A stretch of DNA of 64,000 nucleotides from the NCBI GenBank assembly GCA_964106645.2, contig OZ067040.1. One strand, 5' to 3'. The notes under the pieces were generated by a model. The model saw only the letters and a list, made by a program, of their open reading frames with translations. It was not told the origin of the DNA and ran no database searches. Positions 38,040 to 51,763 of this stretch are shown here, piece after piece (the stretch's first letter is position 1; each line of letters starts with the position of its first letter). Source of the stretch: Podarcis pityusensis. Its lineage: Eukaryota. The position numbers and the translations under genes are program-made.

Positions 38040-39050
38040 TATGTGAAATGACTGTGAGGGTTTGTCAGGAGATCTGAATTGTGATGCCACCAATTTGGAG
38101 AAGATGCCCAACTCTTATCTCTCATTTCCATCACATTCCAGAAATGCTGTTGAAGTTCTGGAGCCGGTAATGATGGAGACTAAAAAATAAGGCTTGACGC
38201 TAAGAAGACAGATGAGATTCTGGTCAGCAGAATAGCTACTCCAGGAATCAGGATTCAGCCCTGTGGTGTTTTCTGGAAAGCACAGATTCATAGTTTGGGA
38301 ATGCCTATGTATATAGTATTGACCCTGAATGCTCAGGTGACATCTATGACCAGATGTGCTGATGCCTCACTTAGACTAGTGGACCAACTATCTCTAATCC
38401 TGCAGTAGGCAGGTAAAATCTAATTCAAGTATGCCCTTTGTGATACTTGTCTTAATAGCATCACATCTGAAGTACTTCAAAGTGTTTCACATGGTGCTGC
38501 CTTTGAAGAATGCTTGTGATCAGAAGCATATTACATCATTTCTGAGCTGCATTTCTCCCAGTTTATTTCCAGGCTCACTTCAAAACACTAGTAATGCACC
38601 TTTGAAGCTCTATATGGCTTGGACCCATAGTACCAAGGACCACCTTATTGAATCTGCAGAGGCCCCCCCTGTGTTTCCCCAAATCATGTATAGCTGAGAC
38701 CAGGGAGGGGACTCTTTTGGTGATAGTGTCCAGACTCTGGAGTTCCTGTACAGAAAAGTCCACCATGCTGCTAATCCTGATGGGATTTCACTACGGTGCA
38801 TGGTTGACCTTCCTTTTGTGGAAGAAATGTCAATTTTTAGTGCCTTTCTTAAAAGCAGCTTGATTGGTTTTATTCCTGTTCTTATGGATTGCTCTTCCAG
38901 TCTTCCACTGCGTTGTTTCTTCTTTTGAATTATGCCTTTAGCTTTTTATTGTATTTGTTAATGTTTTATAGTACAAAATTGTTCAGTTTTTATTTTATAC
39001 GAATTACCCCCTTGTACTGGCAAGCTTGAACATTTAGGGAAGACAGGATA
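38040..39050 (+). mobile_element. Old L2-like LINE remnant
   Basis: Degenerate RT-like sequence with a T-rich tail; boundaries approximate. Confidence 0.4.
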
Positions 39051-39399
39051 TAAATGTTTCAAACAAGCAAAGTAAACTAATAGCAGAGAACTTCAAATCT
39101 CAATCATATTACTATGTTAACTTGTATAAAATTATCTTTCTGTATACCTAATATGGAGAATTGTTTTAAAGAGACATCAAAATTGAACCATATGGAGCTT
39201 TAGATTAGTTTTCCTCGTATACCAGACCACATGCAGCATGGAAAACTGCTTTTGAAATTGGTTTAATAAAAAATAATAAAAGTGATGACATTAGAAGTAG
39301 CTGTTAAAGAAAAAGCTTAAAAGTTCAACTATTGCATTGATATTGCTCAACTGCCAACAAAAAGATACAAATTGTACCTATGATTATTGTACCTATGAT

Positions 39400-40500
39400 T
39401 GGCCCCTGCACCTGAGAAGTGGAAAGCAGACAATGTAACACAAGTTTTTAATGAAGGGATTCAGGAAGAAACAGGAAAATTATAGGCCAGCAGTTCTGGG
39501 AAAGTTTGTGGAAAGCATTTCTAAAGATAATATAAAGAATATAGAAGAATGTATTGCTGATGAAGAATCAATATGACTACTGAAAAGGTAGTCTCATTAG
39601 TCTTTCAGAGTTATTTGAGAGTATTAGAAGCATACAGACAGAAGTGACCCAGTGAACTTTGTGTGGCTGGGCTTTGAAAAAAGATTTTGACAAAGGCTCT
39701 TGCCAAAAAAGGCTTCTGAACAAATTTAGCAGCCATGGAATAAGATTATGGGTCCTCTTCTTGATCAGCAACTTGTTAAAGATCAGGAAGTAGAGAATAG
39801 GAATGAATAAATAAGTTCTCACAATAAAAGAATGTAAGAAGCCAAGTTCTCAAAGGATCTGTATTGGGAGTGAGACTCATGCAATTCCCCTTGTTCATAA
39901 CTTTTTCTGGAGTTAGAAACAAGTCACAAGGTGGCTAAGTTTGCAAATGATACCAAATTATTCAGGTGGTAACAACAAAAAGGGATTTTGAAGAGCTCCA
40001 ACCAAATATTTCCAGACCTGTGGAATGGGCATTATGGTCAAATCCAGTTAAGTGTAAGGCCGTGTGCAGGGGAGCAAACAACCCTCACATCATAGGGCCA
40101 TGGTGGGTAACCTTTTGAAATTGCGTGTTAGGGGTTATTATTAAGGAAAATAAACTTGCTAGTGTCATAATGTCTTTACTTGGAATACTGTGTATAGTTC
40201 TGGTTGCTGCATCTCTAAAAGGATATTGTACAGCTGAGAAAATGGCTACCCAAATCATCAAGGGCTGGATCCGCTCTCCTGTAAGGAAAGGTCCTAAAGT
40301 TTGCAGCTACTTATTTCATTTAGAAAAAGGCAACTGGGGATGTAGAGCATGATAGACATGCATAAAATTACCAGAACATAGACTCATCAAATGAAGTGGA
40401 GTAGTGGAAAATTCAGGACAAATAAAAGGATGTACTCCTTCCCACAGCCCATACTTAAATTATGGAATCTATTTTCATATATGTGGTGACAACCATCAAC
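39400..40500 (+). mobile_element. Old CR1-like LINE remnant
   Basis: Degenerate RT motifs (ENYRP-, AKFANDTKLF); boundaries approximate. Confidence 0.6.
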
Positions 40501-42568
40501 TTAGAGGGAGGCGGGGAGTGGGGTTTGTTGGTTGGTAGTTTGGGCTGTTGTTTTTTCTGCTCTTCTTTTTATTATGTATTTTGTGTTTTTATCTTGCATT
40601 TTTACATTGTGAACTGCCCTGAGATGAAGGATGGGATACAAATTTAATAAATAAATATAGACTGGACAAGCAGAAGAATGATAAAGCTGTCAAAGACTAC
40701 TAGTCATGATGGCTTTATGCTCCTTCCAGGATCACAGGTAACATGCTTCTTATATAAGTTGCCAGAGAACAACAGCAAGAGGGCTATTGTCCTCATATCC
40801 TGTTTGTAGACTTCTGGTTCATCACTATGAGATAGAAGCTGGTGGACTAGATTGGCATTTGGAATGAATCAGCAGGGTTCTTCTTATGATCCTGGTTTGA
40901 AGCGTGTGCCTAGACCATAGCTTTCTGGTTTGAATGTCACCAAAAACACATTAAGCAAAGCAAGAATTAAGTCAAGAATATGAAGTGTGTGTGTGTGTGT
41001 GTGGTTTCGTCTTTACCTGCAGTACCTGTATATGGCTTAAATCTTTTCCATAAGTTGCAAGAGATGCAGACACAAGTCTGCGCCCTCCAAGTAACAACTT
41101 GGTCTGGATTGTCTACTGTGACCTATGGAAGATTAGTGAGTGGATCAATTACTTAGTGAGTAGACAACATTACTTTGGGTCCCTTTTCTATTAAAAGCCT
41201 GGGCAAAGGTCTGATCAATTCAAGTTGTGTTTGTTTATTTATGATTTGCATTTATAGCCCACACTTTACCAAACGTACCTAGGACAAGTTGTAAAAATAT
41301 AAAAATTAAAATAAGTATAATGTATAATTAAAATCATAAAAGAAAAACCACAAACTCTCTCACTCACAGACACACAGATATAATGTATACTCTTAAAGCA
41401 TGCAATATGAAGTGATCCAGCAAAGAAAGATAAAGCAATATATAAGTATAATCCAAATTTAAGTATTAATCTTCTTTTGTATACCTATGGATATAATGCT
41501 GGAACCTACACATTTTGCCATGTTTTCTTTCTGTGCAGTGGGATTAGAGCCTCAACATTTTCTTCAAAGTTTAATCTGTTATGCTTTTATTTCATCTAAA
41601 GGAGACACTATGTCAGAACAGTCTCAGTCAGCTTTGATCCCGATCTAGACTACTCTTACCAATAAAGTTGTGACCTGTTCAGCATCCTGTCACGGCTAAA
41701 ATGGCCGCTGTTTCTTTAATGCGAATAAAGCTGGCTCAGCATGAGTCAGCAGCTTGCACCAGGTTGTATATATAGAATGAGAAATGCTAGTTTGTTGCTG
41801 AGGCTGGTGTTTGGGTTGGTTGGTTGGTTGGTTGGTTGGTTGGTTAGTGCGTGCTGGTGTGTATAGTTATTCAGTCGTGTTTTGCACAAAGACTTTTAAG
41901 AATAAAACTCTGCAAGGATATTCTCGTGGACTCTTTTATGCAGACAAGGGTCCGAGGACCAGGCTGAAGAGACAAAGGGAGGTCCGAACCCTTTCCTTCT
42001 TTTTTTGCTTTTTACAAACACTGACACATCCATGTTTAGCCTGGTCTCTTCTGCAAAAGAACCTGACAGTTAGTTCCTAAAAAGAATACTTTGGCACTTG
42101 GGAATTTGAAATCCTGCTGTAGGACCCCTTCAGACTGATATTTTATTGCAGGTGAAGTCTGCAACCATGGCTTTGGCCTAATAACTGTCCATTAGTGGTG
42201 ATTGTACTCTGCTTCAGTTTATTCTGCAATGCTTCCCCAATGCTACCACATTATTGCTGTCCAGACGGTCTACAGTGCAGCGAACGTGGGACAAAAATTA
42301 ACCAGAGCATTTGCGGTGTAACTGTTAAGGGATTTCAGCAGAAAGTTACAGGATATGCATGGATTGGAAACAAAACAGTGTGACCACCCCAAAGTAATTG
42401 CATGTGCATTGAAAACTGGGTCACATGTGACTGCCCCCATGAGCACATACTATGATGCATGTGCAATTAAAAAAAAATGCCAGGAGGGGTCCTTTGTAGT
42501 TCTTACTTTAAGTCCTCCACTTTTTACTTTTTGGTAGAGAGTCAAACCAACAGTGCAGATAGCCCTAT

Positions 42569-42919
42569 AAAGGTAAAGGGACCCCTGACCATTAGGTCCA
42601 ACCGTGGCTGACTCTGGGGTTGCAGCGCTCATCTTGCTTTATTGGCCGAGGGAGCCGGCGTAAAGCTTCCGGGTCATGTGGCCAGCATGACTAAGCCGCT
42701 TCTGGTGAACCAGAGCAGCGCACGGAAACGCCGTTTACCTTCCCGCCGGAGAAGTACCTATTTATCTACTTGCACTTTGATGTGCTTTCAAACTGCTAGG
42801 TTGGCAGGAGCAGGGACCGAGCAACGGGAGCTCACCCCGTCGCGGGGATTCGAACCGCCGACCTTCTGATCGGCAATTCCTAGGCTCTGTGGTTTAACCC
42901 ACAGCGCCACCCGCGTCCC
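42569..42919 (-). mobile_element. Sauria SINE
   Basis: Full-length head GGGACGCGGGTGGCGCTGTGG and ACCTTT tail. Confidence 0.9.
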
Positions 42920-44266
42920 TAGATAGCAGTATAGTTAGCAGCAAAATCCATATGAAGCTGCCACTGAATCAAGGCTATTGGTTCATTTAGTTCAGTATTG
43001 TTTTTACTGACCGGATTTCAGGCAAGGAATCTCTCTCTGCCCTCTCTGGAGATCCCTGGGATTGAAGCTGGGAGCTGTTACATGCAAAGCAGATGGTCTG
43101 CCACTGAGCCACAGAGAGAATCCCAATGTACGGAGGTCTACATCAGGATATTTTTTTAAAAATTAGTCTTTTCTTGATATGACACTAAAACTGTATGAAA
43201 TTTTTTTGCATCAAGTGGTCCATGAAGTGGAAAATGTGCAAAAAATTATACTAACAGAAATTACTAACATACTCTATGTTCTAGTCAATGTTCTACAGTT
43301 AAGTGAGCCTTTGCACATAATGTTCCTACTGTAAACATAACCAGGGTAAGCATTTCATTGCATAAAAGCAAGATAAAAATACCAGTTCTATGGCTTTCAA
43401 TAATATACCAGTTTTGATAGAACACCAGCCAGGAGAATAGATGCCTTTGGGAATGATTTATGCTTCCTTCTATGTTGGTTTTATCGACATAACCATACCA
43501 TGCTCCATTCTTGTCTATGAGGATCACAGTTTTTTGAGCATGGAAATAGAATCTCATTGTCATTTTTGTATAATATATGCATATGAAAGCAGATAAAGGA
43601 ATCAAGTTTTTCATGCATGTTTCATACAAGAAGAAAATGACAGCAATAGAACATTTTCACATTTTAAGACATACACATTTTAGTAGTCGAGTATGAGCCT
43701 ATATAGATGAAAACATTATGACATATTCTCATATGTCAGAGTCTATATTTCAAAAGCCTTTCAGGTCCTTTTGATAATGTTTTACAGAGATAAATGAGGC
43801 AGTTCGTTGGTTGTATTTTGCTGCTGATAGCCTGGTATCCAATATTTTAATGTTTTTCTTATTTTGTTTGTTTGTTTGTTTGTTTATTACATTTGTATAG
43901 TGCCTTTCATTCGTAGAGCTCAGGACGGTTCGCAGCATAAAAATACAAGATAACACCACAACATACATTTCTTAGTTGTTGTGGCTGTATATTCCATGTT
44001 ACAATCTGTAAATCACACTGATTTTTCTTTTATATAAAGAGTGGTATATAAATGAAATAACAATTTAGTAAATAAATAAGACACTATACTGCTTGGAGGT
44101 TGTTGGGTTTGTTTGTTTGTTTGTTTGTTTGTTTGTTTGTTTGTTGTTTACTAACAAGCAGTACATAAATATTAAGGAATAAAATAAATAAATAGTGTAC
44201 ACATCTCTGTATATTTTTAAAAAGCTGAAACAGCAGACTTTAGTAAAAAAATTATAAAAAACTTAC

Positions 44267-44453
44267 CTGCAACGTAGTCACCAAACCCAATCGTTGATAG
44301 GGTGATAACTACAAAATATATTGCATCTAGTGTGTCCCAGTCTTCTATGTGCTTGAATATGACTGCAGGGAGAGCAACAAACAGCACACAACCAAACAGT
44401 ATGAATATTATTGTCGATATGATGCGAATCTTTGTCTGACTCACATTCCATTT
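44267..44453 (-). CDS. KCNK2: KCNK2 coding exon (M3, pore helix 2, TIGFGD filter), 187 bp
   Basis: [62 protein letters not shown](G). AG at 44454-44455, GTAAGT donor at 44261-44266. Confidence 0.97.
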
Positions 44454-45651
44454 CTGGGAGGGGCGGAAGAACAAAGAAAGGGAAAGGTGGGTGGAAGAAG
44501 AGAAGAATCCATTATTAGTAAAACAGTGGCTTTGTATGTGTGCATGTATGTGTTTATTAAATGTTAATGTTTTTACTAAAAACCTCTAGGCACAACGTTT
44601 AAAAGTTTCTAAGAAAACAAAGCATGCAGCAAAACAGCACTAAGAGCAAAAGCACAAGGTTGACGTAGTGGGGGGGGGGGGGAGAACCTTTCATGGGTAC
44701 AAGGTAAACAAGTTTCAGCAATGAGTCTCCCCGAGACCCAAGGAGACAAGTCTCATAAGAAGATAGCGTGGGCTGACAATAGAAATATATGATTGCGAAA
44801 AATGTAGAATAAAGTAAAATTGATGCGCTTTATTTTCTTATGCCTTAGGTTGTTTTGGTTATATAAATTAGTCTCATTTGGGTTCTACACATTTTGCCTT
44901 CAAGGAATTTATTTCCTAGGATAATATAGTGTGATGTTGGTTAAAAAAAAATGGCACCAAAGTCGCTGCAGGAATTCAATGTCGGGAGGGAGGAATTCAA
45001 CTCTTACCCTTTTAGGTCTGTGGTCATGATACATAAACTCCACAGGTGAAACTAAAGTAAATCTTTACATGTGCTCTGGGAAGGCTCTTATTATTAAAGT
45101 GAGTGCAATGATTCTTGTGCATTTTCCCCCAACTCAAGTGCCTTCTTATTCAGCTTCCTTTTCCCTCCTTGCTTTCTTGTGCAATGTGTTTTTATAACTT
45201 TCAAGGCCAAAAGCTCATTGGTAAAGGCTTTATATACCAGTAAGCACCAGGGTTTTACAATTGTCTTAGGCAACTTAGATAGATACTGCAGAAAAAGTAG
45301 TACAATTCACCCCATGGCCATTTTTCTTACTATTACTTTATTGGGGAAAGTAGTTTTGGGAGGTGGCATCATGATGCAGAGAAGTGCAAGAGATGTTTAG
45401 CCCTTTGTGCACCTTTACATCTCTGCTCCAAATAATCCACCCCATAGCACAGTCCTTGGTAGCAGGGTAGCAGCACGGCCAGAGAAGAAATGCAGTAGGT
45501 ATGGTCTTTGCTCTGGGAACCTAAACATGTACTTGTTCACGCTACATGTAGCTGTACACACTTTACCTCTTGATAACTTCTAAAGCTTTTCCACCATGTA
45601 AAATGATTAACTGCATTCTTGTAGTTTTGTAGTGGATCCCGTTATATGCTT

Positions 45652-45653
45652 TA

Positions 45654-45696
<43 letters not shown>
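45652..45696. repeat. (ATT)n microsatellite ~50 bp from a KCNK2 splice donor
   Basis: Direct sequence. Confidence 0.9.
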
Positions 45697-45748
45697 GTAA
45701 ATTACAGAAATTATTTGTGGTTCAAGACAACATGTTTAGCATACTTAC

Positions 45749-45909
45749 AACAAACGTGTCTTCTACTTTGGCGATTCCTTTCCCAAATATGGTCCCAAGT
45801 TGATCTCCAACTCCAGCCAACAGAAAACCAAAGAGAGGAATTCCCAGTAAGGCATAAATGATGCAGAATATCTTTCCACCTTTTGTACGTGGCGAGCTGT
45901 TCCCAAATC
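45749..45909 (-). CDS. KCNK2: KCNK2 coding exon (end of filter 1 and M2), 161 bp
   Basis: (G)[55 protein letters not shown] at 45910-45911, GTAAGT donor at 45743-45748. Confidence 0.97.
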
Positions 45910-47335
45910 CTAAATTACAAACAACTTGAGCTGTTGATAAATCAGTTAAAGGCATTAAATTACACATCTAATTTGTACTGCAGATAAGGACACTTTTTAA
46001 ATGTTCCCTAGGAGTATATATCACATTAAAACATTCATATGGAGATCTTACCCTAATTGGATTGCTAAACTCACTTAAAACTGAACTGCACTTGGGTGTT
46101 CTGCAAGGAAACAATCTGTCTTTCTAACACAGTGAAACTGCCACTGAAGAGCCCTGTTACTCTTTACAAATGATATCACTATAGAGGCTTTCTTGGGAAA
46201 ATTCATTTCAAAGAAGATTTTTCTGGTGCTTTAAGAGAACCAGATACTCATAGACAGCCACTAAATAATCTACTCGTACAATATGAACTCATTATTTTTC
46301 ACTGCACACCCTCAAGACCATACAGAAACAAAACCCCACCAACTTTACTGAAGCTGAAGATTTTACTTGAACTGTTCACATAATGTATGCCATGTTTTGC
46401 TAAATATAATTAATTCAGTGGCACTTGAATTGTATGTTGTAATATACAGTTACTGACTCACACTTGTGTGCATGAAAGGTGTAAGCTGGGCTCAGGTTGC
46501 CAATGCAGGTGGAACTTAGCAGGCCTCCTGCAGCCTTTTTTTCTGCCCTCCCATTCTTTTTTCCTCCTTGGTGCTTCCTGGAACAAACAATGAGCCATGC
46601 AGCCAGTGGCTCCAAGCTGCAAGAACCACCAAGTGAACAAAATCTCTCCAAAAGGGACATTTTATAGCCTGCATCTTTGTTAACCCAAAGACTGCATGAT
46701 CCTTTTTGTAAGAAAAACTTTTTCATCTTCATTTTACTGCTAACGGATGGAGACTTGTTGGCTGTAACTTCTAGAAATTCTGAGTAAAACATCCACTTAT
46801 TTGCAAAGCTAAGTGACTGTGATTGATTTTAGCCTAAGTATTTTTGTGGGGAACGTTTGTTTAAAGGTGGATGAGGGCAGATGCAAATCTAACCAAGTTT
46901 TAATGTGCTTAGAGCAATCACCATTGTGCTAACTCTGCTATAAAAGAGTAAGACTCTTTCTTCCAAACCTATATCTCCAACATCATATATATTAAGGTTG
47001 GACCCTTCAGTTTTGTATACCCATCAGTGAATTGACAAAGCATCAACATCTCCTTAATTACTGTAGCAAGTTAATATGGTATAACTTTGGACACTGTAAT
47101 AAAATGTTTTTGCCTCTGCCTTGCCCACTCTCTAAACTTGGCAGAAGTTGCTCATTTAGCAGCTGTGTGCATATATCTAAGCATTCTGTTCAAGTCTCTT
47201 CTTCCCAATGAAAGATAATGAGAAAACCTCTTATACCCCCCCCTTTTTTTTGTCTGGTCTGGATGCTAAAACTCATCAAGATTTGCAACATGTTATTTAA
47301 GCAGGTCCTGTTCCAGCTAAGAAATCAGTGCATGA

Positions 47336-47813
47336 CCAGGGAGAAGAGTTGGTGGAAGAAGATTGGAAGAAATTTAAAGTTTATTTACAGAAACATTGTA
47401 AAATTAAGGAATGTTAGAAGGATGTTGGAATGAAATAATGCGGTTTTAGCAGAAATGCTATAAAGGATTAAGGAAAAATAGATTGCTAAATGGTGAAGGA
47501 GGGAAAGTAAAGTTACATTATATTAAGATAGAATAGAGGACAAAAACTGGAAAAGATGGAAAGGATTTGCTGAAATAGTTAATTGAACTAGAATACAAAA
47601 AAGGGAGGTGTGAGGAGGTCAAGGAAATAAGCAAATGAAAGATAAGTTATGGGAAGATTTATTGTATTTTTTTCTTTTTTCTCTCTTTTTTTCTTGTTTC
47701 TTTTCTTTTTAATATCGTGATGTGATGTTTTGTATTTCTTAAATATGCTGTTTTTTAATTCTTTCTTTTTGTAACACTTTAAAACTCAATAAATATTACT
47801 TTTTTAAAAAAGA
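47336..47813 (+). mobile_element. 5'-truncated L1 (probable ORF2 C-terminus and 3' UTR)
   Basis: TSD AAGAAATCAGTGCATGA (47319-47335, 47814-47830). Reads DQGEELVEEDWKKFKVYLQKHCKIKEC*; ends in AATAAA and an A-tail. Confidence 0.82.
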
Positions 47814-48454
47814 AAGAAATCAGTGCATGAAAGTAGACTTTTGTATGTATACAACTTCAGGGGGGGAGGGGAATCAGAAACCCATCAAAATCCACATTAG
47901 AAATTGCATCCAAATATGATTGCTTGCTATCCTCACTGCATTGCTTGAAACAAGTAGCAGCTGGTACAATGAAGCAGAGTCATGGAGCTACCATCCCAAA
48001 ACAGGCATCACTACATCTTACCTGTCCATGACTGGGATAAAGTTGGGATTGTGCAGATGCACTATCAGGAGCACCAGATTGGCTCCATCAGTGCATCTGC
48101 ACCATCTTAGCCTCACCCCTGCCCTGCCCTGCCCCATTCTGCCCAGGCAAACTATAGTGACACTGGTGTCAGCTCTGCCCTACCACACCACATCAATGAA
48201 ATATGTGGTTAGATAAATATCCCTATATGAATATTGGTATATAGCTTTTTATGTTATTGTCATTTTTAGAGTCCTCCCTATAACAGAAATTTCTCAGCGT
48301 GGCTTACAAGATTATTATTATTTTTAAAAAAGATGTTTTAAACGCAATAAAAGAGTAATACAACAAGATTTGATGCAGCATGAAGGAAAGCTCAAAATCT
48401 AAGACAAAAACAGGATAAAGAACAAAGTGCTGAGAATAAAACAAGTAACTAGTT

Positions 48455-48659
48455 CAGAGCTTTCCAAACTGTGCACTGTGACACGTTGGTGTGTTGACTG
48501 CAGTGTGTAGGTGTGTTGTGTGAATGCTCCCCAACTCCTCCCAGGGCTGGAAAGGGGTTAGTTTAACCTACGGTTTGCTAGAAAAACTGAATTACTGTGT
48601 CGCAAAAAGATACACGTCTAAAAAGTGTGTCACCAACTTGAAAAGTTTGGAAAGCTCTG
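48455..48659. mobile_element. hAT-type MITE
   Basis: 16-bp TIR CAGAGCTTTCCAAACT; 8-bp TSD AACTAGTT/AACTAGTC. Confidence 0.85.
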
Positions 48660-48743
48660 AACTAGTCACTTGTGAGTTCATATTTTACATGTTACCATAG
48701 CTGCTTTGAAGTATAGCTTGAGAAGCATACCTTCATGGTGTTA

Positions 48744-49076
48744 TACCAGTATACTTGAAGGAGCATCCCCACCCCCATCGTTCAGCCTGGACACTGAGGT
48801 CCAGCTCTGAGGGCCTTCTGAGGGTTCCCTCACTGCATGAAGTGAAGTTACAGGGAACCAGACAGAGGGCCTTCTCAGTAGCAGCGCCCGCCCTGTGGAA
48901 TGCCCTCCCATCAGATGTCATGGAAATAAATAACTATCTGACTTTTAGAAGACATCTGAAGGCAGCCCTGTTTAGGGAAGTTTTTAATGTTTGATTCTAT
49001 TTTTAATATTCTGTTGGGAGCATCCAGAGTGGCTGGAGAAACCCAACCAGATGGGTGGTGTATAAATAATAAATTA

Positions 49077-49115
<39 letters not shown>
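48744..49115 (+). mobile_element. L2-clade LINE 3' fragment
   Basis: TRQRAFSVAAPALWNALP...FRRHLKAALF RT C-terminus; (ATT)n tail. Confidence 0.85.
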
Positions 49116-49116
<1 letters not shown>

Positions 49117-49177
49117 GCATGTTAATATAAAAATGTGTACAAAGAGAGTAAGAAGGAGAAAAGAGTGAGTATATCCA

Positions 49178-49403
49178 CAGTGGTACCTCGGGTTAAGAAC
49201 TTAATTTGTTCTGGAGGTCCATTCTTAACCTGAAACTGTTCTTAACCTGAGGTACCACTTTAGCTAATGGGGCCTCCCGCTGCCGCTGCGCCACCACTGT
49301 GTGATTTCTGTTCTCATCCTGAAGCAAAGTTCTTAACCCAAGGTACTATTTCTGGATTAGCAGAGTCTGTAACCTGAAGTGTCTGTAACCCAAGGTACCA
49401 CTG
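49178..49403. mobile_element. Mariner-type MITE (same family as 22740)
   Basis: TIRs CAGTGGTACCTCGGGTTA / TAACCCAAGGTACCACTG. Confidence 0.85.
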
Positions 49404-51528
49404 TATATCCATACCTATATCTATACATATACATCATTAGTTCACGTGTCCTGTTAGCCACAGCAAGAAATGACCTATGACTTAGAATGGAAAAACCATA
49501 GTGCTAATGGCGTCTTCTTGTGGTTTGCTTATAGAAAAACAAACCATGAATGCTTGCTCACATGTACGTACTGCTAAGTGAAGTATCATGGTTTGTTCCT
49601 CCTGGCTCTAGGCAGGGCAGAGTGACGCAAGACCAGCTGAGCAGTATACACAGTTGCTAATCACGATGCTGTGCCTCCACAGCTGGAGGCAATAATGCTT
49701 CTGAATACCAGTTGCTGGAAACCACAGGAGGAGAGATTGCGTTTGTACTAAAATCAAATTATGGGTTTCCAACAGACATCTGGTTTGCCACTGTCAGAAC
49801 AGGATGCTGGACTAGATGGGCCACTGGTCTGATCCAGAAGAGCCCTACTTATGTACCTGTGCTATTTCTTAAGCCATGAATCAGGCACATTGTTTCTCTG
49901 TGCGTATATGTGTGTTTCAAGGAGAATGGAAATAAAATAATAAATCAAGACAAATGTGGGTTGTCTAATTTTTAAGCAAAAAAAATTCTGTTCAGTAGAT
50001 GTGGCATATATAACTGGCCAAAGAGGACATGGCAGTGACGATACACAAGACATTACATTTTGGACCAGAGTACCTAACAGCTTGAGAACACCTGTTGACA
50101 CTGAGTTTGAGCATCAATTCTACGTTAGCTGAAGCATTAAGCAGCAAATTCCATGAGGAATTTTAGTTGAGAGAGAACACTGTCCCATAATTACCTCCTT
50201 TTAATTCAGCTTGTTGCTCAGCATAGTTTAGCTTTTATCATGATTTGCTCTCTTTCACAGAACCTACAGTATTTCTCAGCTGGCACGTAACATCTCTCTT
50301 CTGTTGGAACAATTTTAGTATGCTATATTCGGATGGTGCTATGCTTTGGCACAGGGTTGAAGACTCACTGTGTGGAAAATTTTCTTGCAAAGTATAACTG
50401 TCTCATTTTCAGTCTATTACTTGCTTTTAATATAAATCATTACACATTTTAAAACCAGACAATGTTAAGTTTAAAACAAGGGGGGACGTTACAGAGAAAT
50501 TACGCTTCATGCCTTTGCAGGAGACGTGGAGGGGAAATGTGAATGACTCATGCTTCTGCCCCCTGGCATGAGTGGTGGGAAGGAAAGAGGTATATCAGTT
50601 ATAGAGAAATGAACATTATGTCCATGCTAGGAAGAACATATATCTTGCCTTGGGCATATACCTTCCCATCTCCAGGATGCAACAGAAGAAGGGAAGGAAG
50701 GTCACTCCATCAACTCTGCTAGGAAGTCAGTTACTGCATCCTCCTTTCCCTCAACTCCATTAGGTTGCTGAAGAAGAGCTGGGGAGCAGGATTCTGCTGA
50801 GAGACCATCAACTTTGGGCTTCTCTTCTGCTTGAACTGCTTCCATTTCAGCTAGCCATTTTAAAAACTTTCTAACTAAGTCTGCATACACGCTAGCCCAC
50901 CCGTAGCAACAAAATGTAGTTTTTCTCCACCCAGAATCATTCACAGTCATCCTCAACATTCTGCTTTCAATTTAGATTGATTCTAGATTCTGCTGTCCAA
51001 AAAGATGGGTGTGGTTTCTTGATACATGTTTGAAAACCTTGCCCCTGGTTAGGTTATCCACACCCTTTCTTCTCTGCACATGCCCCAGGTGAATGAAGAT
51101 GGTAGCCGAGATTGTGATCACCACAATGCCACTGGGCAAGTGTGGTTATGCACGAACCCATTGATAGAACCACTTACAGCTGTTCCCAAATAGACACACT
51201 GTAGGGTAACACAGAATCAACATTTTATTTAATGAGCTTTTATATTCGGAATGAAACCAGTTTCTCAAGAAGCACTTTTCAGGGGCAAAAAATATGCAGT
51301 ATATCTAGATTCTGTGTGAACTACGCAGAAAAAACCCAGTACACAATTCTCCATTGGTTCTAGAATATGCAATCTAAGAACTTCCTTCCCAATCCCTTTG
51401 TCATGTATTTATATTGTAAACCTGAGGATAGGGATTGTCTGATTTCAGATTTTTGTAAACTACTCTGGGAATGTTTCAGCTGAATAGGGAGATAAATATG
51501 CTTTAAATTGGGGTGGCTATTCTTTTTT

Positions 51529-51609
51529 GGAAGACAGAAGTGCCTGGCGTTCTCTGGTCCATGGGGTCACGAAGAGTCGGACACGACTAAACGACTAAAC
51601 AACAACAAC
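51529..51609 (+). mobile_element. BovB 3'-end fragment
   Basis: BovB terminus with (AAC)n tail; flanking repeat ATTCTTTTTTGGA. Confidence 0.8.
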
Positions 51610-51763
51610 AAAATTCTTTTTTGGACAAAGGACCCATGGCAAAATTTCAGTCGAAAGTGGGCATGGCTGAAGTGTAGAACGACATAATTTTTAGCCCTTT
51701 TTCTATGAGTTATGAATGATAAAGTTCTTCATATCAGTTAACATTGGGAAGAACTGCTCGCAG

